Source: Spirochaetia bacterium (GTDB lineage: Bacteria; Spirochaetota; Spirochaetia; UBA9216). From it: DNA of 64,000 bases. The stretch spans positions 96,001-160,000 of the forward strand of contig OY776510.1 of assembly GCA_963675665.1 (NCBI GenBank), given 5' to 3'. The notes under the pieces were generated by a model. It did no database searches, had not been told where the DNA came from, and was given only the letters and a program-made list of their open reading frames with translations. Below are positions 1-9,426 of the stretch, piece by piece (the first letter of the stretch is position 1; each line of letters opens with the position of its first letter). The position numbers and the translations under genes were made by a program.

Positions 1-196
1 GACGTCTTGAGCTATCTCGTAACGCAGGGCGTTTACCTTCTTCATATCGTCTACGCCATTTTCTAACTGTCTTTACGCTGGTTTGGAACTTTCGTGCTGC
101 AGGCTTGTTTCCATGCTTGATGGCATATTTTACTAATTCTGCTCTATGCGGCACAGGGTCTTTACTGTTTTTGATAAGTTGGTAGTATGTATACAT
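1..196 (-). mobile_element. Transposase N-terminus (HTH, IS481/IS630-like), running off the window edge
   Basis: Not in the ORF track. Manual translation from ATG at 196 gives MYTYYQLIKNSKDPVPHRAELVKYAIKHGNKPAARKFQTSVKTVRKWRRRYEEGKRPALRDSSRR. The 'AARxFxxSxxTVRKWxxRY..L.D.SRR' pattern is typical of IS transposase HTH domains. SD-like GGAAGGA lies upstream. Confidence 0.75.
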
Positions 197-310
197 GGTT
201 CCTTCCTTGGGTTGGTTTTTTGTGGAACCCTATGCTGCCTGATTTCGTTGACTTTGGGCAACAGGGGGGAACCATGTTTCTTCTCCGGCCAATTTTTTTC
301 TTATCGCCCC

Positions 311-339
311 TTGACCGATAAGAAAAACAGGGGTATTGT
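311..339 (+). promoter_or_regulatory. sigma70-type promoter of the ilv leader
   Basis: TTGACC (311-316), 17 bp spacer, TATTGT (334-339); leader ATG at 346. Confidence 0.6.
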
Positions 340-345
340 TACTAT

Positions 346-465
346 ATGAAGAATCCGGCATCTGTGCTTGTCAGCGCAGTCGTCAATATCCTTAATATCC
401 TCGTCGAAGTCGCAGTGGTGGTCGCTGTCGTCGTCGTGGACAGGAGACGTTTTGTAGCCGGATAA
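346..465 (+). CDS. ilv attenuator leader peptide (39 aa, Val/Ile/Leu-rich)
   Basis: MKNPASVLVSAVVNILNILVEVAVVVAVVVVDRRRFVAG*, directly upstream of a terminator and ilvB. Confidence 0.85.
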   Translation: MKNPASVLVSAVVNILNILVEVAVVVAVVVVDRRRFVAG

Positions 466-491
466 CCTGGTTTTGTATTTTTAGCAAATAC

Positions 492-527
492 GGCCTGTTG
501 ACGGTTACAGTCAGCAGGCCTTTTTTT
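492..527 (+). terminator. Attenuator terminator upstream of ilvB
   Basis: Stem GGCCTGTTGAC / GTCAGCAGGCC followed by T7. Confidence 0.9.
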
Positions 528-544
528 ATGGGGGAATGCAGTAA

Positions 545-2254
545 GTGAAAGAAAATGAAAACAGAAAAGACAAAACTTTAAGCGGAGCCGATGCTGTTCT
601 GAAAGCATTAAAGAAAGAGGAAACTGAAATCATTTTCGGTTATCCCGGCGGGGCGACCCTGCCGATTTACGACAATCTTGAAAAATACGGTATCAGGCAC
701 ATCCTGTGCAGACACGAACAGGGCGGGGCCCATATGGCGGACGGATATGCCCGTGCAACGGGAAAAGCCGGGGTATGTATGGCCACAAGCGGGCCGGGGG
801 CGACAAATCTTGTCACAGGCATCGCTACTGCTTTTATGGATTCATCTCCGGTTGTAGCAATAAGCGGTCAGGTTCCGAGAGAGATGATCGGCAACGATGC
901 ATTTCAGGAAGTAGATATTACCGGCATCACTATTCCTGTAACAAAACACAATTATCTGATTTCCGATCCTGAAGCACTGTCCGATTCGATACATGAAGCT
1001 TTTTATCTGTCGACAACAGGCAGAAAAGGCCCGGTTTTGATCGATATTCCCAGAGATGTAATGACATCGGAGATCAAAATGAGCTCAAAACCCCGCAGCG
1101 CCCCGTTGCTCGAGGGATATAATCCTACGATTAAAGGCCATAAGGGCCAGATCAAAAAAGCAGCAGAACTTCTGAAAAAAGCAAAGAAACCCTTGATTAT
1201 TTCCGGCGGCGGGGTTGTATCTTCCGGTGCAGAAGATGCATTGACGACTTTCGCCCGAAAAAACAAGATCCCTGTAGCAGCAACACTGATGGGCAAAAAC
1301 GGTTTTCCAAATACGGATAATTTATACCTGGGCTTGATAGGCTATCACGGAACAGCAGCAGGAAATAATGCCGTTCAGAAAGCAGACGTCATCATCGCAA
1401 CCGGAACCCGTTTCGGCGACCGCACAACCGGACCTCTCGGCAATTTCGCACCGAACGCACAGATAATCCATATTGATATAGATCCGGCGGAAATCAGCAA
1501 AAATGTTCCGTCATTTTTACCTATTGTAGGAGACGCTTCCAATATAATAACTTCAATAGGTCAACATCTTGAGGCGGAAGGTTCTTTAGCCGGCGGCAAT
1601 GAAAGAAAAGAATGGCTCGACTTTCTGCTGAAAATCAAGGCTGATCGCCAAAAACCGGCTGACAACAGCAGGCTTAATATACCGCTGATTTTAGAGAGGC
1701 TTAAATCCATAATACCGGATCCAATCATTACCACCGATGTCGGGCGGCACCAGATTTTTACTGCGCATCATTTTCCAATCGACAGAAAAAATACTTTTAT
1801 AACTTCCGGCGGTCTTGGAACAATGGGTTTCGGTTTGCCGGCAGCAATCGGAGCCAAAGCGGGAAAACCTGATGATACTGTAATTTCAATTAATGGCGAC
1901 GGATCTTTTCTCATGTGCTGCCAGGAACTTGTAACCGCTGTAGAAGAAAATCTGCCGGTTATTGCAATGGTAATGAAGGACAGCAGGCTGGGAATGATAA
2001 GCCAGCTTCAGGACACATTTTACAGCCGGCGATATAACTGCTGCAATCTGGGCTCATGTGTGGATTTCACCAAAATAGCCGAAGGGATGGGGGCTTTTGG
2101 AATAAGAGCAGAGACCCCGGATCAGATCAACTCTTCTATTGAAAAAGCAATTGAATCCGGACGGCCGACTGTAATTGAATTCATTCTGCAGGAACAGGGC
2201 AATACCTATCCGATGGTAACGGGAGACAGCCTTACGGATTTTATTGAATCTTAA
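545..2254 (+). CDS. ilvB: Acetolactate synthase large subunit
   Basis: IFGYPGG, RHEQGG, ATSGPGATN, TSGGLGTMGFGLPAAIG and GDGSF TPP motif. Confidence 0.95.
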   Translation: MKENENRKDKTLSGADAVLKALKKEETEIIFGYPGGATLPIYDNLEKYGIRHILCRHEQGGAHMADGYARATGKAGVCMATSGPGATNLVTGIATAFMDSSPVVAISGQVPREMIGNDAFQEVDITGITIPVTKHNYLISDPEALSDSIHEAFYLSTTGRKGPVLIDIPRDVMTSEIKMSSKPRSAPLLEGYNPTIKGHKGQIKKAAELLKKAKKPLIISGGGVVSSGAEDALTTFARKNKIPVAATLMGKNGFPNTDNLYLGLIGYHGTAAGNNAVQKADVIIATGTRFGDRTTGPLGNFAPNAQIIHIDIDPAEISKNVPSFLPIVGDASNIITSIGQHLEAEGSLAGGNERKEWLDFLLKIKADRQKPADNSRLNIPLILERLKSIIPDPIITTDVGRHQIFTAHHFPIDRKNTFITSGGLGTMGFGLPAAIGAKAGKPDDTVISINGDGSFLMCCQELVTAVEENLPVIAMVMKDSRLGMISQLQDTFYSRRYNCCNLGSCVDFTKIAEGMGAFGIRAETPDQINSSIEKAIESGRPTVIEFILQEQGNTYPMVTGDSLTDFIES

Positions 2255-2286
2255 TAAAGAAATCACTTCCGTGTGATTTCTTTATT
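2253..2286. repeat. 14-bp perfect inverted repeat between ilvB and ilvN
   Basis: AATAAAGAAATCAC-ttccgt-GTGATTTCTTTATT. Confidence 0.8.
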
Positions 2287-2329
2287 CATACAAACCGCCT
2301 TCCATGGCGGTAGTAATTGGGAGTAAACC

Positions 2330-2815
2330 ATGAATCATACAATATCAATACTTTGCGATGACCAGCCGGGTGTAATGACGAGGATATCCGGTCTTTTTTC
2401 AAGACGGGGGTTCAATATCGAAAGCCTTACTGTCGGGCATACTGAACTTCCAGGAAAAAGCCGTTTTACCATAGTGGTTACCGGCGACGACACTGTTCTG
2501 GAACAGGTCAGAAAACAGCTTCAGAAGATTGTTCATGTTATAAAAGTCTGGGACATCAAAAACGCCGAGGCTGTCGAGAGAGAACATGCGCTTCTGAAAA
2601 TAGAAGTAACTCCGGATATAAGAAGCGATGTTCTTCAGATTATCACGGCGCTTCAGGCACGAATAATAGATTCCAGCGATGCCGTCTGGATTCTGGAAAT
2701 AACAGGCGACACAAACGCAGTAAATAACGCGTTTAATCTTCTCGGCGATTACAATATAATTGAATCAATAAGGACAGGGAAGATTTCTCTCAAGCGGGGA
2801 GCCCTGGTAAAATAA
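2330..2815 (+). CDS. ilvN: Acetolactate synthase small (regulatory, ACT) subunit
   Basis: PGVMTRISGLFSRRGFNIESL ACT signature; follows ilvB. Confidence 0.95.
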   Translation: MNHTISILCDDQPGVMTRISGLFSRRGFNIESLTVGHTELPGKSRFTIVVTGDDTVLEQVRKQLQKIVHVIKVWDIKNAEAVEREHALLKIEVTPDIRSDVLQIITALQARIIDSSDAVWILEITGDTNAVNNAFNLLGDYNIIESIRTGKISLKRGALVK

Positions 2816-3548
2816 GCGAAAAAGTGCTCCCTTTACCGGGAGTACTTTCAGCAGTTATTTCGACACCGAAAAAGTCTGCATATCTCCCGGAGGCTATAAG
2901 CCCGAGCCCGATACCGGCTTCTCCTTCCGTTCCGTGTGTTTTCCATTTTGAATCAATCCGAAACAGGTTTTTAAGATTCTCCGGTTCAATACCCACGCCT
3001 TCATCCTTAACGCTGACAATACAACCGTCACCTTTTTCAACATACGAGATAATAACACGGCTGCCCCTGACGGAGAATTTCACGGCATTTGAAACAAGAT
3101 TTTTAAGTATGAATTCGAACATTTTTGAATTTGCCTTTATCATCTGCTCGGGATTATACCGGTGATCAATTTCAATATCTTTTCCGGTTAAAACCTCTTC
3201 AAGTCCTGTCAAAACCTCTTCAAGCACAAGTTTCAGCGGTATTGTCTCAATAGTTGTATTATACTTTCGACGTTCTATCCGACCCCACTCAAAAAGATTT
3301 TCAATAAGCTGATAAGTATTTTTTAGTGTCTCGTGAATGGTCGAAACATAAGTTTTTACATCATCTGTTGATAAATCTTCCACTCCGGAAGCAAGCATTT
3401 CAGACAATCCCAGCAACCCGCTGAACGGACTGCGCAGATCATGCGAGGCGATTACAAAAACTTTATCGCGGGATTTCTGTAAATCCTTGTAAGCCTCAAT
3501 GAGTTCATCCTTCGACAGACTATTCAGATCAGCTTCATCAATATTCAT
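2790..3548 (-). CDS. Cytoplasmic histidine kinase (HisKA + HATPase only)
   Basis: ASHDLRSPF H-box, NLVSNAVKF N-box, DEGVGI and GIGLGL G-boxes. Confidence 0.9.
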   Translation of the reverse strand: MNIDEADLNSLSKDELIEAYKDLQKSRDKVFVIASHDLRSPFSGLLGLSEMLASGVEDLSTDDVKTYVSTIHETLKNTYQLIENLFEWGRIERRKYNTTIETIPLKLVLEEVLTGLEEVLTGKDIEIDHRYNPEQMIKANSKMFEFILKNLVSNAVKFSVRGSRVIISYVEKGDGCIVSVKDEGVGIEPENLKNLFRIDSKWKTHGTEGEAGIGLGLIASGRYADFFGVEITAESTPGKGSTFSLILPGLPA

Positions 3549-3621
3549 TACACAGCTCCGTTTACATTATCGGCTGAATTTCAGTGAACGAAAAGTTTTT
3601 TACCTACGTTCTGTCGACGGC

Positions 3622-4110
3622 TTAAACATCCTGATGTTCAGTATCGCGACCTTCCAGCATTTTAATTGCATGCTGCAGCACAGGTTTGAGAATATCCAGA
3701 TTTTCTGCTACCGCTTTGGGATTCCCGGGCAAATTGATTATAAGGCTGCCCTTTCTTATTACCGCCCTCCCCCTTGAGAGCACTGCATAAGGCGTAATTT
3801 CATAACCTTTCATTCTCATCAGCTCGGCAAGTCCGGGCATTTCCCGCTCCCCGACAGCAAGAGTTGCTTCGGGCGTATTGTCCCGGGGAGAGGCTCCGGT
3901 TCCGCCGGAGGTTACAATAAGATTAATCCCGTTGTCGGAATGTCTGATCAGGGCCTGCTCTATTACAATCCTGTCATCAGGAATTATTTCAGTCCCAACC
4001 ACCTTAAATCCCATTTTCGACAGTTCATCTGAAGCAAGAGGTCCGGACTTGTCTTCACGAAGCCCGGCAGCGCCTTTGTCGCTGACTGTGATTACAGATG
4101 CTGTATACAT
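3622..4110 (-). CDS. mog: Molybdopterin adenylyltransferase MogA/MoaB
   Basis: VITVSD, REDKSGP, TSGGTGASPRDNTPEAT, INLPGNPKAV; start moved to ATG 4110. Confidence 0.9.
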   Translation of the reverse strand: MYTASVITVSDKGAAGLREDKSGPLASDELSKMGFKVVGTEIIPDDRIVIEQALIRHSDNGINLIVTSGGTGASPRDNTPEATLAVGEREMPGLAELMRMKGYEITPYAVLSRGRAVIRKGSLIINLPGNPKAVAENLDILKPVLQHAIKMLEGRDTEHQDV

Positions 4111-4111
4111 A

Positions 4112-4588
4112 TTACTCTTCAATAAACACATCTCCGCTTTTCCCGCCGGTTTTGCTTGCCAGCCTGATATTATTTATAACCATGGTCTTTTCCACGGCCT
4201 TGCACATATCATATACGGTCAAAGCAGCAGTACTCACTGCCTGCAAAGCTTCCATTTCCACACCGGTTTTCCCGGAGGAACGTACCTCCGCCTCAATCCT
4301 TACTCCGGGAAGATTTTCATCCGCTGCCAAATCTACCCTGGCCCCGGTAACCATAACAGTATGGCACAACGGAATCATATCCGGCACTTTTTTGGCGGCC
4401 ATGATACCGGCTATCCGGGCAGTCTGAAGAACATCGCCCTTCCTGTTGTCATTTTTCAAAATTTCCCTGAGGGTTTCGATTTTCATTATAACTTCACCCC
4501 TGGCTACCGCCCTGCGAACGGTTACGTCCTTGTCGCTGACATCGACCATCCGGGCTTTTCCGGCTTCGTCTACATGATTCAATCCCAT
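4112..4588 (-). CDS. moaC: Cyclic pyranopterin monophosphate synthase
   Basis: [37 protein letters not shown]. Confidence 0.95.
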   Translation of the reverse strand: MGLNHVDEAGKARMVDVSDKDVTVRRAVARGEVIMKIETLREILKNDNRKGDVLQTARIAGIMAAKKVPDMIPLCHTVMVTGARVDLAADENLPGVRIEAEVRSSGKTGVEMEALQAVSTAALTVYDMCKAVEKTMVINNIRLASKTGGKSGDVFIEE

Positions 4589-4589
4589 A

Positions 4590-5573
4590 TCAGCCTCCTA
4601 TCTCATGCATGCATCTGCTGTCGGTGTTAACCCGCTGAAAGTCGGCATGCGATTCGGGTTTCATCCCGACCGCGTCCTTAAACAGTCCGGCAAGACGCTC
4701 AGGCATCCCTCCATCGCCGCTTCTTAGAGCCTGGACGAGATCTACTTCATCGTTGGAAAAAAGACATGGTTTCAGTTTACCGTCGGCAGTAAGCCGTATA
4801 CGGTTACAATTCTCGCAGAACGCATGACTTACGGCTTCAATCAGTCCCAGACTTCCAAGATCTCCGGTTCGGCACCAGCTTTGAGCCGGCCCGCTTCCGT
4901 ATACCCCGCATTGCTTAAGGTCCGGAAAACCTGAAAAAATGCGTGTCCTGATATCATCCGACGGATAATGGCTCTGTTTAAAAGGAAAACTGCTGTCGTT
5001 AACCGGCATAAATTCTATAAACCGCAGATGCAGATGATTTTCTAGCGCCCAGTCAGACAAAGGAATAATCTCATGATCATTGAAACCGCGAATAATTACA
5101 GAATTTATCTTGATGGGGAATAAACCGGCATGTTTTGCAGCCGCAATTCCGTTAAAAACATCTTCAATATTCCCAACCCTGGTTATAGTCTTAAAACTCT
5201 CGGGATCAAGCGTATCAAGGCTGATATTGACCCTGTCCAGACCTGCTTCCGCCAGCTCTTCTGCAGCCCCTGCAAGAAGAATTGCATTCGTGGTCAGTGA
5301 AATATTTTCAATTCCATTAACTGCTTTTATCATACGGACAAGCTCGCTTACACCTGGACGCACAAGCGGTTCGCCGCCGGTAAGCCGGATTTTTTTTATG
5401 CCGAGCCCTGCGACAACCTTTACCACCTCGGCTATTTCTTCATACCTGAGAATATCCGGATGCTTCAGGCTTGTTACTCCGGATTCAGGCATACAGTACA
5501 AACACCGAAGATTGCATCGATCCGTTATTGATATCCGCAGATAATCTATCTTGCGCTTAAAGGAATCATTCAT
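4590..5573 (-). CDS. moaA: GTP 3',8-cyclase (radical SAM)
   Basis: [33 protein letters not shown]-terminal IGG; start at MNDSF. Confidence 0.95.
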   Translation of the reverse strand: MNDSFKRKIDYLRISITDRCNLRCLYCMPESGVTSLKHPDILRYEEIAEVVKVVAGLGIKKIRLTGGEPLVRPGVSELVRMIKAVNGIENISLTTNAILLAGAAEELAEAGLDRVNISLDTLDPESFKTITRVGNIEDVFNGIAAAKHAGLFPIKINSVIIRGFNDHEIIPLSDWALENHLHLRFIEFMPVNDSSFPFKQSHYPSDDIRTRIFSGFPDLKQCGVYGSGPAQSWCRTGDLGSLGLIEAVSHAFCENCNRIRLTADGKLKPCLFSNDEVDLVQALRSGDGGMPERLAGLFKDAVGMKPESHADFQRVNTDSRCMHEIGG

Positions 5574-5629
5574 CGTCAATACAGTAGTGAAGAATTTACT
5601 AAATTTCAATAGTGTGTTATACATTAGGA

Positions 5630-6082
5630 ATGGAAGAAAACAAAGAAAGCGTTGAATTCTGGGAAGAAAAGAAAAAGGAAACCGGGAAAGATATTATTTT
5701 TAAAAGCTTTGCCCGTTTTATCGGCGAGTCCGGACAGGGAGAAAACAATCTTAGCGGGTTGATCTATTCAACTGATGAGCGAATATACTTCGAGGATTTT
5801 GAAAAATCATCCATGCTTGATATTTTCATGAAGAAAAAAAGAAAATACGAAAAATTCACAATGAATTTTCTTATAGCTGATGTGAATGGAATGAGAAAGG
5901 TTTCGCAGTCCAGCGCTGTCGCCTGTATTAATGGTGAAATTGACGAAGGGAAACCGCAGGGAGCATTGACGGGCCTTTTTAATTCACCGGCATGGGAGAT
6001 AAAATTCGGCTCAGGCTCGTCTTATTTCTTTGAACTTTTTGAGCCGAACGAACTTGTTAAAATAATTAATAGTAATGACTGA
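5630..6082 (+). CDS. Hypothetical protein
   Basis: About 150 aa ORF overlapping the suhB start; no family recognised. Confidence 0.7.
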   Translation: MEENKESVEFWEEKKKETGKDIIFKSFARFIGESGQGENNLSGLIYSTDERIYFEDFEKSSMLDIFMKKKRKYEKFTMNFLIADVNGMRKVSQSSAVACINGEIDEGKPQGALTGLFNSPAWEIKFGSGSSYFFELFEPNELVKIINSND

Positions 6083-6866
6083 AAATAAAGAAAAAATTCT
6101 CGAAACAGCAAAAGAGGCGGCAGAAGAAGCTTCACGAATTATTCTGGAGTTTTTAAATAAAGCCTCTATAAGCAACAAGGGGACAAACAACCTTGTGACG
6201 GAAGCCGACGTGAGATCAGAAAAAGCTGTAAGAGAAATTATATCAAGAGAGTTCCCGTCTCATTCGATTCTTGGAGAGGAAAACGGCGGCGAGAAAAATC
6301 ATGAAGCAGAAAATCTGTGGATAATTGATCCCCTTGACGGAACAAACAATTATGCTCACGGTTTTCCTTTTTTCTCGGTATCAATAGGATATGCCGAAAA
6401 AGGTTTGATGAAAGTCGGATACGTTCTGGACGTGATAAGAGATGAGCGGTTCCATGCAATCGAAGGTGCGGGAGCCTTTTGCAACGGCAAACTCATCAGG
6501 GTGTCTGAGCGGAACCTTAACGAAGCGCTTGTCGGAACTGGTTTTTATTATGACCGCGGAACCATGATGCAAAGCACTCTTAAATCAATCGGCAGGCTTT
6601 TCGAAAATAACATACGCGGAATCAGGCGAACAGGAAGCTCCGCCCTCGACATCTGCTTTGTTGCAGCAGGACGTCTGGATGCATATTTTGAATACAAACT
6701 GGGTCGCTGGGATTTTGCTGCAGGAATGCTCATTCTCAGAGAAGCCGGCGGAGACTGCCGGGACGCAACAGGCAGGCAGCTGACGCTTGAATCCGAATCT
6801 TACGTATTCAGCAACGGCGTTTTTGCCGACAGGCTTATCGAACTTGTGAGATACCCCGAGGAATAA
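6075..6866 (+). CDS. suhB: Inositol monophosphatase family protein
   Basis: LVTEAD, ILGEE, WIIDPLDGTNN, RRTGSSALD, WDFAAG. Confidence 0.9.
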   Translation: MTENKEKILETAKEAAEEASRIILEFLNKASISNKGTNNLVTEADVRSEKAVREIISREFPSHSILGEENGGEKNHEAENLWIIDPLDGTNNYAHGFPFFSVSIGYAEKGLMKVGYVLDVIRDERFHAIEGAGAFCNGKLIRVSERNLNEALVGTGFYYDRGTMMQSTLKSIGRLFENNIRGIRRTGSSALDICFVAAGRLDAYFEYKLGRWDFAAGMLILREAGGDCRDATGRQLTLESESYVFSNGVFADRLIELVRYPEE

Positions 6867-6869
6867 CGT

Positions 6870-7238
6870 TTGGGCGTTCTCGGTGAATTTCTGATAATTT
6901 CCGGCGCAGCTGCGGCGGGTGTGTTGCTTTCCGCAATACCGCAGTTTCCGCTGCCCGGCAGCGTTACAGGCATGCTGATATTGCTCTTTTTAATGCTAAT
7001 CGGGGTGCTTAAACCCGAACGCATAAAGCACGCAGCTGATTTTCTGATCAGGTTTCTGCCTTTATTTTTTATTCCCCTTATTGTTAATCTTCTCAAGGAA
7101 TCTGAACTTCTTGAAACCTACGGCCTGAAACTTTTAATAATAATTATATCGACGACCCTGATAACACTTGCAGCAACAGGGCTTACCGCGCGCCTGCTTC
7201 TTTCAGCTGCATCACGGAGAAAACAGCGTGATGTTTGA
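6870..7238 (+). CDS. CidA/LrgA family membrane protein
   Basis: PLPGSVTGMLILL and LPLFFIP motifs; upstream of LrgB. Confidence 0.85.
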   Translation: MGVLGEFLIISGAAAAGVLLSAIPQFPLPGSVTGMLILLFLMLIGVLKPERIKHAADFLIRFLPLFFIPLIVNLLKESELLETYGLKLLIIIISTTLITLAATGLTARLLLSAASRRKQRDV

Positions 7239-7926
7239 ATCTTTCTGCAGCAATCCTGCTTTCGGACTGGTAATTACCCTTTCGGCCTATGCTGCCGGCC
7301 TCAGACTGTATAAAAAGGCAAGTGTTTCGTTACTGCATCCGGTACTGACTGCTTCAGTTCTGATAATTGCCTTCCTGCTGATATTCGGTGTTGACATTGA
7401 AAGTTATCAAAAAGGCGGAGCTGTAATTTCATTCATGCTGCCCCCGGCAACAGCCGCCCTGGCAGTTCCTCTTTACAGGCAAAGGAAGGTTTTAAAAAAA
7501 CATGCTGTTATCATATTTATTTCAATAAGTGTCGGCGCTGTAGTTTCGATAGTTTCAGCAATACTTTTTTCAAAAGTTTTAGGACTTCCGGAAGAATTGA
7601 TTTTGTCAATGGCTCCCAAATCGATTACAACTCCGATTGCAATTGAGGCGTCCGCCAGGATCGGCGGCCTGCCGTCGATAACCGCCCTTGCTGTCATTTT
7701 TACGGGCATCACCGGGGCAATCCTCGGCCCGCTGGTTCTAAAACTACTGCATATTTCTGATCCGACGGCAAAGGGTCTTGCCATGGGGACAGCCGCTCAT
7801 GCGATCGGAACATCAAGAGCTCTGGAAATGGGAGAAACTGAAGGCGCTCTCGGCAGCCTTTCAATCGGGCTTGCCGGAATAATAACCGTAATGATCATAC
7901 CGCCGATTGTTTTGTTTTTACTTTAA
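7231..7926 (+). CDS. LrgB family membrane protein
   Basis: PATAALAVPLY, PKSITTPIA, GLAMGTAAHAIGT. Confidence 0.9.
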   Translation: MFESFCSNPAFGLVITLSAYAAGLRLYKKASVSLLHPVLTASVLIIAFLLIFGVDIESYQKGGAVISFMLPPATAALAVPLYRQRKVLKKHAVIIFISISVGAVVSIVSAILFSKVLGLPEELILSMAPKSITTPIAIEASARIGGLPSITALAVIFTGITGAILGPLVLKLLHISDPTAKGLAMGTAAHAIGTSRALEMGETEGALGSLSIGLAGIITVMIIPPIVLFLL

Positions 7927-7942
7927 CCGAAACAATCCGGGT

Positions 7943-9256
7943 TCAGTTTTTAAGTTCCTTTGCTCTTGACTCCATGAGCTTCAGCATGGCTGTTCTGTCC
8001 TTTCCTATGGAAAAAATAACGCCTATAAAAAGAATAGAGCAAAGAAACCAGAAAGACACGGACGTATTTACCATAAAGGAGTAACTTCCCGTGGCGGCAA
8101 GCATTGCTCCGCCGATAGCGGGACCGAATCCTTTTCCAATATTATCAGTAAGATTAAAGACCGCAAAGACGGATCCCCTGTGTTCCGGACGGTTTATGTT
8201 CATCAGGATAGCTTTATTGTTGCTCGATGCTGTTGAAATACATATTCCGCCCAGCAGGCTGAACAGCATAACAGTCAGGCTCGAACTGAACCCGATATTG
8301 AAAAAGATAAAACATGGAACGGTTCCCACCGCAATTCCAATTGTACAAAGCAGAGGCAGATAGGACGGCTTTTTGGCAAAAAGCCTGTCGCCGACAATGG
8401 CCCAGAGCAGCCCGCCGGTAACAGCGCCCACGCCGAACAACTCCCAGATCAGGGTGGCTTCAGCCTGTCCCATGGCCTGGGTTTCCTTAAAAAACGTTAT
8501 GACCCAGAAAGTTAGCACACCCCAGGGAATTGTCCCCGGAATCCCCTGCAGAAAAAGAAAGATGTTTGTTTTATTGCTGAATACGAATCTGAAATCAGAA
8601 AACCTGATCCGATGCCTGTATGTCGCACCGGCGCTTATTGCTTCAGCGAGAGCTTCTTCGGTTGCGCCGCGTTCTGGTGATTTTGCGGTCAGTGCAAATA
8701 AAAGAACCACCGGAAAATTCGGTACGGCGGCAAGAATGAAGGCCAGGCGCCAGCCGTAACCCGATCCGAGCCCGATACCGGCCATAATCGGACCGACCAT
8801 GATGCCGAGAGCCCAGGCAATGTCTACTACTGCAACGGCCTTGGCTCTGTTCCTGTCGGTAAAGTAATCCGACACCAGAGAAAACAACAACGGATAAATC
8901 CCTCCGACGCCGATTCCTGTGAGAACCCTTAGAATTACAAAACCCTGAAAACTGGTTGTTAAGGGTTTAATTCCTGTCAACAGGCATGGAACCTCTCCAA
9001 TTAGAACAACACCAATAAGCAAAGCTTTTCTTGAAGATTTATCTGAAAAATATCCGAAGATTATACTTAATGCTGCTCCAAGCAGTGTAAAAGCTGAAGC
9101 CACATAACTTATGGATTCTTTCGCTACGCCATATTCAGCTGCAAGCTCCGGGACAATAGCCGGAGTAATATACAGATCACACTGAAGAAAAAACGACATA
9201 AGAACCATCAGTGCAAGCGTTATTTTGTCACGGGTCTCCATTTTATAAACAGACAT
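7943..9256 (-). CDS. MFS transporter
   Basis: About 12 hydrophobic segments; GYFSDKSSRK motif A; RVLTGIG. Confidence 0.9.
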   Translation of the reverse strand: MSVYKMETRDKITLALMVLMSFFLQCDLYITPAIVPELAAEYGVAKESISYVASAFTLLGAALSIIFGYFSDKSSRKALLIGVVLIGEVPCLLTGIKPLTTSFQGFVILRVLTGIGVGGIYPLLFSLVSDYFTDRNRAKAVAVVDIAWALGIMVGPIMAGIGLGSGYGWRLAFILAAVPNFPVVLLFALTAKSPERGATEEALAEAISAGATYRHRIRFSDFRFVFSNKTNIFLFLQGIPGTIPWGVLTFWVITFFKETQAMGQAEATLIWELFGVGAVTGGLLWAIVGDRLFAKKPSYLPLLCTIGIAVGTVPCFIFFNIGFSSSLTVMLFSLLGGICISTASSNNKAILMNINRPEHRGSVFAVFNLTDNIGKGFGPAIGGAMLAATGSYSFMVNTSVSFWFLCSILFIGVIFSIGKDRTAMLKLMESRAKELKN

Positions 9257-9321
9257 CGATAATACCTCCGGGATTATTCTAACTCACCGTATAAGAAATG
9301 ACAGTAATTATTTTCTTTAAT

Positions 9322-9350
9322 AAAAAAACTGCCGCCATTGACGGCGGCAG
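9322..9350 (-). terminator. Intrinsic terminator after the caspase gene
   Basis: Minus strand CTGCCGCCGTCAATGGCGGCAG followed by T7. Confidence 0.8.
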
Positions 9351-9426
9351 TCCAGTTAAAAACTGTTACAGTTTGGGGAACTGTAGGGCGCCTCATCGGC
9401 GCGCCTTTAATATTTTTTAAGGAATA

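Noticed and set aside
342-608. Minus-strand 88-aa ORF with a poly-Thr tract
   Set aside because: It is the antisense shadow of the GTC/GTG Val codons of the ilv leader peptide
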